Virus record (IMG/VR): IMGVR_UViG_3300033997_000210 | Reading direction: 5' to 3' (one strand) | Source: an uncultured virus (IMG/VR IMGVR_UViG_3300033997_000210) | Taxonomy: Duplodnaviria; Heunggongvirae; Uroviricota; Caudoviricetes | DNA: 22,551 nucleotides | In this document: piece after piece, positions 16,729 to 22,551 of the stretch | Layout: each line of letters opens with the position of its first letter | Numbering within the stretch: the stretch's first letter is position 1 | Position numbers and translations under genes: made by a program | The notes under the pieces: generated by a model | Seen by the model: only the letters and a program-made list of their open reading frames with translations | The model's database searches: none | Told to the model about the DNA's origin: nothing

Positions 16729-18486
16729 GTGAGCAGCCTAGCCGAAAAACTCCACGTCGATCCACGACGCCAAGCCAAATTCCTCTACTGGATGAGCTGG
16801 CGCGTGTGCGATATCGCCAACCTGATTGGCGAGAAAGAGAAGACCGTTCACAGCTGGAAGGCGCGCGACGAATGGGACCGCGCTGACACTGTCGAGCGCA
16901 TCGGCGGGGCGCTGGAAGCGCGGTTGGCCATCCTCATCCATAAAGAGGAAAAGACCGGTGGCGACTTCAAAGAGATTGATCTGCTCCACCGCCAGCTGGA
17001 ACGGCAGGCCCGGATTCAGCGCTATCAGGGCGGCGGCAATGAGTCCGACCTGAATCCGGCGGTGGCCAACCGCAACGCCGCACCGAAGAAGAAGGCCCGC
17101 AAGAACGAGTTCAGCGACGAAGAGATCGAGCGCCTGCAGACGGCGTTTGTGGATGGGTGTTTCGACTACCAGCGCGATTGGTATCGGGCGGGCAACGAGC
17201 GCACGCGCATCATCCTGAAGTCGCGCCAGATCGGTGCCACGTACTACTTCGCACGTGAGGCGCTGATCGATGCACTGACCACGGGCCGTAACCAGATCTT
17301 CCTGAGCGCATCCAAGAGCCAGGCGCATATCTTCCTCGGCTACATGCGCGGGTTTGTGCGCGAGGTGCTGGACCGTGACCTGACCGGCGATCCGATCACG
17401 TTGGCCAACGGAGCCGAACTGTTCTTCCTTGGTACGAACGCCCGCACCGCGCAGGGCTACCACGGTAATTTCTACTTCGATGAGTTCTTCTGGACCTACG
17501 GATTCAACCAGCTGAACAAAGTCGCCAGCGGCATGGCGATGCACAAGAAGTGGCGAAAGACCTACTTCAGCACACCGTCCACCATGGCGCACGAAGCGTT
17601 CGATTTCTGGACCGGTGATCGCTTCAACAAGGGTCGGCCGGTGTCCCAGCAGATCCAGCTGGACGTGAGCCATGCGCGCCTGATGGGCGGTCGCCGCTGT
17701 GAGGACGCCATCTGGCGCCAGATCGTGACCGTGCTGGACGCAGCGGGCCGTGGCTGCGATCTGTTCGATATTGAGGAACTGCGCCGCGACTACAGCGCCG
17801 AGGAATTCGCCAATCTGCTGATGTGCGAGTTCGTGGACGACAGCGCCAGCGTCTTCCCACTCACGATGCTGCAGCCCTGCCAGGTCGATCACTGGGTGGA
17901 TTGGGCCGACGACTTCAAGCCGTTCGCCATTCGCCCTTATGGTGATCGCGCGGTGTGGATCGGCTATGACCCGGCCGAGACGGGCGACAGCGCCGGCATC
18001 GTTGTGCTGGCCCCGCCGCAGGTGCCGGGTGGCAAGTTCCGGGTGTTGGAACGTCATCAGTTCAAGGGAATGGACTTCGCCGCCCAGGCCGCATTTATCC
18101 ACCAGATCACCCTTCGGTATTGGGTGACCTATATCGGTATCGACGCTACCGGCATGGGTACTGGCGTGGCACAGCTGGTGCGCCAGTTCTTCCCCGGTGT
18201 GACCGTCTTCAACTACTCGCCCGAAGTGAAAACCCGGCTGGTGCTGAAGGCGTTCGACGTCATCAAGAACGAGCGCTTGGAATACGACGCCGGCTGGACG
18301 GACCTCACGCAGTCGCTGCTGGCCATCCAGAAAACCATTACCCCCAGCGGGCGCCAGGTGACGTACACCGCTGGCCGCTCGCGCATCACCGGCCACGCCG
18401 ATCTGGCGTGGGCACTCATGCACGCCCTGCAGAACGAGCCGCTGGAAGGCGGGTCTGCGGCACGCGGCATCATGGAGATTTACTGA
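16729..18486 (+). CDS. Terminase ATPase (large) subunit P
   Basis: ILKSRQIGAT, NQIFLSAS, YFDE, YFSTPS, IGYDPA, GHAD.AWA.MHAL motifs; GTG 16729 lies 6 nt after a -10 element. Confidence 0.96.
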   Translation: MSSLAEKLHVDPRRQAKFLYWMSWRVCDIANLIGEKEKTVHSWKARDEWDRADTVERIGGALEARLAILIHKEEKTGGDFKEIDLLHRQLERQARIQRYQGGGNESDLNPAVANRNAAPKKKARKNEFSDEEIERLQTAFVDGCFDYQRDWYRAGNERTRIILKSRQIGATYYFAREALIDALTTGRNQIFLSASKSQAHIFLGYMRGFVREVLDRDLTGDPITLANGAELFFLGTNARTAQGYHGNFYFDEFFWTYGFNQLNKVASGMAMHKKWRKTYFSTPSTMAHEAFDFWTGDRFNKGRPVSQQIQLDVSHARLMGGRRCEDAIWRQIVTVLDAAGRGCDLFDIEELRRDYSAEEFANLLMCEFVDDSASVFPLTMLQPCQVDHWVDWADDFKPFAIRPYGDRAVWIGYDPAETGDSAGIVVLAPPQVPGGKFRVLERHQFKGMDFAAQAAFIHQITLRYWVTYIGIDATGMGTGVAQLVRQFFPGVTVFNYSPEVKTRLVLKAFDVIKNERLEYDAGWTDLTQSLLAIQKTITPSGRQVTYTAGRSRITGHADLAWALMHALQNEPLEGGSAARGIMEIY

Positions 18487-19499
18487 TGACAAACAACGAC
18501 CAGGGCGCTGCTGTGGCGCCGCCGGCGAACGTCGAGGCGTTCACATTCGGCGAGGCCACGCCTGTGTTGGAATCGCGCGGCATCCTCGACTACCTCGAAT
18601 GCTGGAAGAACGGCCGTTACTTCGAGCCACCGGTGGATCTCAATGGCCTGTCTCGCACGACAAGGGCGAATCCGTACCTGCACAGCGGCCTGACGTTCAA
18701 ACGCAACATGCTGGTGCGCACGTTTCGTCCGCACCGCTTGCTGAGTCGGGAGGCGTTCTCGCAGTTGGCGCTGGATTACACCACCTTCGGCATGGCCTAC
18801 GTCGAGCGACGCCGGGCCCTGTCGGGTGGCGCGCACAGCCTGGCGGTGCCTCTGGCGCAGTACGTGCGCAGAGGCGTGAAGGATGGCGAGTTCTTCCAGG
18901 TACGCGCTGGCCGCGTGGAACATGAATTCCCCGGCGGCGAGGTGTTCCAGCTGCGCGAGGCCGACGCGGATCAGGAAATTTACGGGGTGCCGGAATGGAT
19001 GCCGGCTGTGCAATCGGCGCTGCTGAATGAGTCGGCGACGCTGTTCCGGCGCAAGTACTATAACAACGGCTCCCACGCCGGCTACATCCTCTACATGACC
19101 GACCCGCAACCCGAAGGCATGGACGTGGATGCACTGCGCGAGGCCCTCCGCCAGTCGCGCGGGCCGGGCAATTTCAGGAACCTGTTCGTGCATTCGCCCA
19201 ACGGCAAGAAGGACGGCCTGCAGGTGATCCCGGTCAGTGAAGTGGCGGCACGGGATGAATTCGCCGGCATCAAGAGTGTCACCCGCGATGACATGCTGGC
19301 GGCGCTGCGCGTACCGCCGCAGCTGCTGGGCATCGTGCCGCAGAACAGTGGCGGTTTCGGGTCGATCCGCGACGCGGCGGATGTGTGGGCGGCGATGGAA
19401 CTGGCACCACTGCAGACGCGCATGACCGCGATCAACGAATGGCTGGGCCAAGAGGTCATTCGCTTCAACCCCTTCGAGCTGGGAGCGACAGAGCGATGA
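18486..19499 (+). CDS. Portal protein Q (PBSX/P2 family)
   Basis: EAFTFG, QEIYGVPE, LNESATLFRRKYYNNGSHAG, GPGNFRNLF, RVPPQL.G; ATG overlaps the P stop (TGATG). Confidence 0.96.
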   Translation: MTNNDQGAAVAPPANVEAFTFGEATPVLESRGILDYLECWKNGRYFEPPVDLNGLSRTTRANPYLHSGLTFKRNMLVRTFRPHRLLSREAFSQLALDYTTFGMAYVERRRALSGGAHSLAVPLAQYVRRGVKDGEFFQVRAGRVEHEFPGGEVFQLREADADQEIYGVPEWMPAVQSALLNESATLFRRKYYNNGSHAGYILYMTDPQPEGMDVDALREALRQSRGPGNFRNLFVHSPNGKKDGLQVIPVSEVAARDEFAGIKSVTRDDMLAALRVPPQLLGIVPQNSGGFGSIRDAADVWAAMELAPLQTRMTAINEWLGQEVIRFNPFELGATER

Positions 19500-19750
19500 C
19501 CGGCCGCCAGAACCTGCGCTGCGGCGCCTGTGCCCGATTGCTGGCCAAGGCCGCAGGCGACTATGACCTACAGATGAAATGCCCCCGTTGTGGGGATATG
19601 AACCACATGAAGGCCCAGAGCCTCTCCACGGATCGCCGCGAGCGACACCACGAAGAAGGCTCTACCCATGAAAAACGAACTGATCCACGGCGATGCCCTG
19701 ACCGTCCTGCCGACCCTGCCGGCCAACAGCTTCGACGCCCTCATCACTGA
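19496..19750 (+). CDS. Mu Com-family zinc-finger regulator
   Basis: MTGRQNLRCGACARLLA...QMKCPRCGDMN; two CxxC pairs in the Com pattern; ATGA-coupled to the portal; overlaps the MTase by 83 nt. Confidence 0.82.
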   Translation: MTGRQNLRCGACARLLAKAAGDYDLQMKCPRCGDMNHMKAQSLSTDRRERHHEEGSTHEKRTDPRRCPDRPADPAGQQLRRPHH

Positions 19751-20378
19751 CCCGCCGTATGCCAGTGGTGGCACGCATGCAGCGTCCCGCCAGCAGTCGC
19801 CCCAGGTGAAGTACATGCAGAGCAATGGCCCGCAGCTGCATGCCGACTTTGTCGGCGACGAACGCGATCAGCGCTCGCACCTCGCATGGATGCGCCTGTG
19901 GCTGGCCGAATGCAGCCGAGTGCTGAAGGAGGGCGCTCCGGTGTTGCTGTTCACCGACTGGCGGCAGCTTCCCCTGACCACCGACGCCCTGCAGTGTGCT
20001 GGCTTCACCTGGCGCGGTGTGGCGGTCTGGGACAAGACCGAGGGCGTGCGGCCGCAGCTCGGCCGCTTCCGCAACCAAGCCGAGTACGTCGTGTGGGGTA
20101 GCAAGGGCCATATGCCCCTCGGCCGGCGTGCGCCGGTGTTGCCTGGCGTTGTGCGGGAGAAGGTCCGCAAGCTGGACAAGCACCACATGACCGGCAAGCC
20201 GACCGACCTCATGCGCCAGCTGGTGCGGATCTGCGAAGAAGGCGGGCGCATCCTGGACCCCTTTGCCGGATCGGGCACCACGCTGGTAGCCGCGGATGCT
20301 GAGGGCTACAGCTGGACCGGCATCGAGATGACCGGGCACTACTTCGACGTGGCACGATCACGCCTTCCTCGCCAGTAA
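19668..20378 (+). CDS. Orphan amino-DNA methyltransferase (N6-A/N4-C, beta order)
   Basis: TDPPY motif IV near the N terminus, H.T.KP, and ILDPFAGSGTT motif I near the C terminus. Confidence 0.93.
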   Translation: MKNELIHGDALTVLPTLPANSFDALITDPPYASGGTHAASRQQSPQVKYMQSNGPQLHADFVGDERDQRSHLAWMRLWLAECSRVLKEGAPVLLFTDWRQLPLTTDALQCAGFTWRGVAVWDKTEGVRPQLGRFRNQAEYVVWGSKGHMPLGRRAPVLPGVVREKVRKLDKHHMTGKPTDLMRQLVRICEEGGRILDPFAGSGTTLVAADAEGYSWTGIEMTGHYFDVARSRLPRQ

Positions 20379-20393
20379 CGAACTCCGCCCGAG

Positions 20394-20420
20394 AGGCCGC
20401 CTACGGGCGGCCTTTTCTTT
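20394..20420 (+). terminator. Rho-independent terminator of the P-Q-com-MTase operon
   Basis: AGGCCGCC-TACG-GGCGGCCT followed by TTTCTTT, 15 nt after the MTase stop. Confidence 0.9.
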
Positions 20421-20520
20421 GGCTAAGCCCGCAGTCCGTTCGCGTGCTGGCTTCTTGCCCCACGACATCGGCGATGCGCTCGATGTCGGGCCGCTTCTGC
20501 ACCACCCGCCGACCACACTT

Positions 20521-20781
20521 CTACCGGGGGCGTGGCTGACGCCAACCAGTGCGCCCCTTCCGCTTGAGTTGCTGTCGAAGGTGCAGCCTGCGTTGCTCCG
20601 TTTCCTGCAGCGCGGCAATGACCGGTCTCATTCGCGCCTTCAAATTCTGCAGCGCGGCATTCACCGGCTCCATTCGCTCGCTCAAATGTCGCGCAGGAGC
20701 GGACCACTTAGCAAAGGCTTCGGTGACAGCTGCACCTATTCGCTGCGCTTGATCTGCGCCCATCGATTTTCTCTCGGACAT
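20521..20781 (-). CDS. Small basic, helical hypothetical protein
   Basis: MSERKSMGADQAQRIGAAVTEAF...LQETEQRRLHLRQQLKRKGRTGWRQPRPR; start uncertain (20781 or 20763). Confidence 0.45.
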   Translation of the reverse strand: MSERKSMGADQAQRIGAAVTEAFAKWSAPARHLSERMEPVNAALQNLKARMRPVIAALQETEQRRLHLRQQLKRKGRTGWRQPRPR

Positions 20782-20877
20782 TTCAAATCTGATCCCGGCT
20801 TGTCGACCAATGACGGCTGCCAACCCAAGCACCATACACGACTCGGCGGTGGCGTATGGTCCGGTCCCCGGTGCGCG

Positions 20878-20898
20878 CACTCGTCTCCCCGCCACGCC
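20878..20898 (-). other. Putative cohesive end (cos) site
   Basis: Minus strand GGCGTGGCGGGGAGACGAGTG resembles the P2 cos (GGCGAGGCGGGGAAAGCAC, recalled); located beyond the portal, as in P2. Confidence 0.8.
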
Positions 20899-21068
20899 TG
20901 CGCACTTCATGGGGTGCTTTTTCTGCACTGCCTGCAGCAAGGCCCAGCCCCGGCCCTGTATGGCGTTCTCAGGGGTTCTCTAGCACCGGCTGGCCCTGCG
21001 GTTCCCTGCGCGATAGGGGGTGTTTGAGTGGCTCCCTGTGGCCTTCTCTGGCCACCTCCGGACGGTTC

Positions 21069-21398
21069 CAATTTTTCAGGTGACCACGGGAGGGAGGTAA
21101 CCAGGTAACACGCGCTCCCAGACGATGGTTAAGTCATTGATACGAAAGGGGAAATGTTGGTTACCTTTTGGGGTGATCTGAGGTAATTTTTCGATCAATA
21201 CAAAGTAATGTCATTGATTCATAAGGAAATTTAAGGACGCTGATGTTACCTCTGGAAAAGGTAATGGGATTACTCAAAGATTACCCTATTGTTACCTTCA
21301 TATATTTCATATAACCAATTGATTGTATTGGTAAAAATTGGCATTCCTTTAGGGGGGTTACCTTTATTACCTCCTTCCCGTGGTCACCTCAAAAATTG
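21069..21398. repeat. AT-rich region bounded by 32-bp inverted repeats, with many GGTAA/TTACC iterons and two IHF boxes; candidate replication origin
   Basis: Arms 21069-21100 and 21367-21398 match at 30/32; about a dozen (A)GGTAA-type units in both orientations; WATCAAN4TTR at 21130-21142 and 21312-21324 (minus). Confidence 0.7.
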
Positions 21399-21471
21399 CA
21401 CCTTATCGCGCGTAAGGGGGCCATCAGCATCCCCGCCGCCGCACACGCTCATGCCTGCAGCCCGCGCCCTT

Positions 21472-21503
21472 GTCGCAGCCTTTGCGACGCCCAGCCGTAT
21501 CCT
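21472..21503 (+). promoter_or_regulatory. Palindrome GTCGCA-N5-TGCGAC plus -10 TATCCT upstream of a leaderless ORF
   Basis: Palindrome 21472-21488; TATCCT 21498-21503; ATG 7 nt later; no SD. Confidence 0.5.
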
Positions 21504-21510
21504 GCCGGCC

Positions 21511-21864
21511 ATGCCCCTGCCCACCGACTTCTACTGGACGACACGTTCAGCCAGCTTCCCCAACGATCCTCTGACCGTGATCGCCTGCGAGGGGGTGTGG
21601 GTGGTGTCGTTGTCGCAGCGGGTGGACGACGCAATCTGGGTGGCCACGTTGGATCGGCATCGAGACGGGCCTGGCGGGCCGGGCGAGTCATGCCGGCGCT
21701 GCAGCAGCTACGAGCAGGGTCGCGCCGGCGCCGAGCTATGGGTGGCCAGGCATGAAGCGCGTCTGCGCGAGGACGTGGCCAAGATCATTGCGTACCGCTC
21801 GGCGATTCGCGCGAACAGGCTGGCCAAGCTACACACCCCGCCTCCTTTTGGCTGGATGGGATAG
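21511..21864 (+). CDS. Hypothetical protein (117 aa)
   Basis: MPLPTDFYWTTRSASFPND...WVATLDRHR...RRCSSYEQGRAGAELWVARHEARLRED; GC-rich coding style starts here, outside the AT-rich repeat region. Confidence 0.7.
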   Translation: MPLPTDFYWTTRSASFPNDPLTVIACEGVWVVSLSQRVDDAIWVATLDRHRDGPGGPGESCRRCSSYEQGRAGAELWVARHEARLREDVAKIIAYRSAIRANRLAKLHTPPPFGWMG

Positions 21865-21929
21865 CCGGGCGCCGGCAGCTGCAGCAGGCTGTCGATCGAC
21901 GGGGAAGGACGCGGCGAAGGCTGAGGGAT

Positions 21930-21995
21930 TGCCGGGAAAAATGTATGTGTGGCCGCGCTACAATGCGAGTTCCACGGGGATGTGCCGGGAAAAAT
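21930..21995 (+). repeat. 13-bp direct repeat TGCCGGGAAAAAT x2; candidate integrase arm-type sites
   Basis: Exact copies at 21930-21942 and 21983-21995, 41-107 bp inside the att core. Confidence 0.6.
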
Positions 21996-22036
21996 ACGGC
22001 ATGTATGCCGTTGATTCCAAAGCATGAATGTGGAGC

Positions 22037-22081
22037 CTCATAATCCCTTGGTTCCAGGTTCGAATCCTGGTGGGCCCACCA
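22037..22081 (+). other. Prophage att site: 3' half of a tRNA with CAT anticodon (probably tRNA-Ile2)
   Basis: CTCATAA loop, TCCCTTGGTT, T-arm CCAGG-TTCGAAT-CCTGG, TGGGCCCA-CCA end; no D-arm or 5' acceptor strand upstream. Confidence 0.88.
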
Positions 22082-22150
22082 ACCCAGCATGCATGAACGG
22101 CTGCTGGTCTGCCTTCAAGGCAACATCTGATCCACACGCAAGGATCGAAC

Positions 22151-22551
22151 ATGCCCGACACCCGCGCCCCGGTGGAAGACTTCACCACTGAAATCGAAGA
22201 CAGCCGGCATCTGTTCGCCTGGTGCCTGGTGCGCTACGGCCAGATTCCCGAAGCGCTGGCAATCGAACAGGCACGCGAACGCTATCCGGACCAGGCCGCC
22301 GGCCACGAATACGAGCACGAACTGCTCTTCCACGACGAGCCCTGGCATTGGGCGATGCTGCATGTGCTGGGCGAAGGGTACTGGCACCAGAACCCGGAAC
22401 TGTTGCAGCCGTCGCTGGAGTACGACACCGAATCGGACGCGCTGTGCCTGGCGCGCGGCGAGCCGATTCCCTTGCTGGATGAGGATGAGTATCTCGGTGC
22501 GCTTGCGCACGCGCGCCATATGCAGGCGTGGACGTTGATCCATCAGGCAGG
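22151..22551 (+). CDS. Probable host hypothetical protein, truncated by the window edge
   Basis: AAGGA SD, then MPDTRAPVEDFTTEIEDSRHLFAWCLVRYG... open to the end of the window; lies outside att. Confidence 0.7.
   Translation, partial: MPDTRAPVEDFTTEIEDSRHLFAWCLVRYGQIPEALAIEQARERYPDQAAGHEYEHELLFHDEPWHWAMLHVLGEGYWHQNPELLQPSLEYDTESDALCLARGEPIPLLDEDEYLGALAHARHMQAWTLIHQA

Larger units (their letters stand above)
1..22081. mobile_element. P2-like (Peduoviridae-type) prophage, right part, ending at a tRNA-derived att site; continues beyond the left window edge
   Basis: Full set of P2-type head, lysis, baseplate and tail genes; divergent O/P arrangement; P2/phiCTX-like cos; tRNA 3' fragment at 22037-22081. 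Confidence 0.95.

Noticed and set aside
18120..18485. Extended portal N-terminus given by the ORF track (459 aa)
   Set aside because: Overlaps P by 367 nt; ATG 18486 has a GGAG SD and gives a typical portal of 337 aa
16738..20339. Long minus-strand ORFs 16738-18492, 18480-19451 and 19662-20339
   Set aside because: Antisense shadows of terminase, portal and methyltransferase
19668..20781. Restriction-modification or toxin-antitoxin system
   Set aside because: No nuclease or toxin motif recognised near the methyltransferase; it fits an orphan phage MTase
21069..21398. CRISPR array
   Set aside because: Repeats are only 5-7 bp, in mixed orientation and irregularly spaced; no cas genes
21289..21510. 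Upstream extension of the 21511 ORF
   Set aside because: Runs through the AT-rich repeat element from a TTG; a promoter-like signal sits just before ATG 21511
22005..22081. Complete functional tRNA gene
   Set aside because: No 5' acceptor strand or D-arm; GGAGC upstream of the loop does not form a proper anticodon stem with TCCCT

Overview
The window is the right-hand part of an integrated P2-like (Peduoviridae-type) temperate myophage in a GC-rich host, most likely Stenotrophomonas or Xanthomonas (inferred from GC content and gene style). Minus strand, right to left: scaffold O, capsid N, small terminase M, L, X, two holin-like genes, a GH19 endolysin, an i-spanin with an embedded o-spanin, R, S, J, I, tail fibre H, a Tfa-like chaperone, V, W, sheath FI, tube FII, E/E' (-1 frameshift), an unannotated 45-aa membrane gene and the 5' part of the tape measure gene. 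Plus strand: terminase ATPase P, portal Q, a Mu Com-like zinc finger overlapping a DNA methyltransferase, and a terminator. These are followed by a cos site, an AT-rich iteron/IHF region bounded by 32-bp inverted repeats, a small leaderless gene and the 3' half of a tRNA(CAT) marking the att site at about 22037-22081; probable host DNA follows. Most notable: (1) a moron-like membrane microprotein with its own extended -10 leaderless promoter just upstream of the tape measure gene; (2) a Com-type RBS-occluding RNA switch on the methyltransferase; (3) four late promoters with identical geometry (GT-N13-AC dyad, 34 nt, -10); (4) the inverted-repeat-bounded iteron region. All family calls come from motif recognition and synteny; no database search was run.
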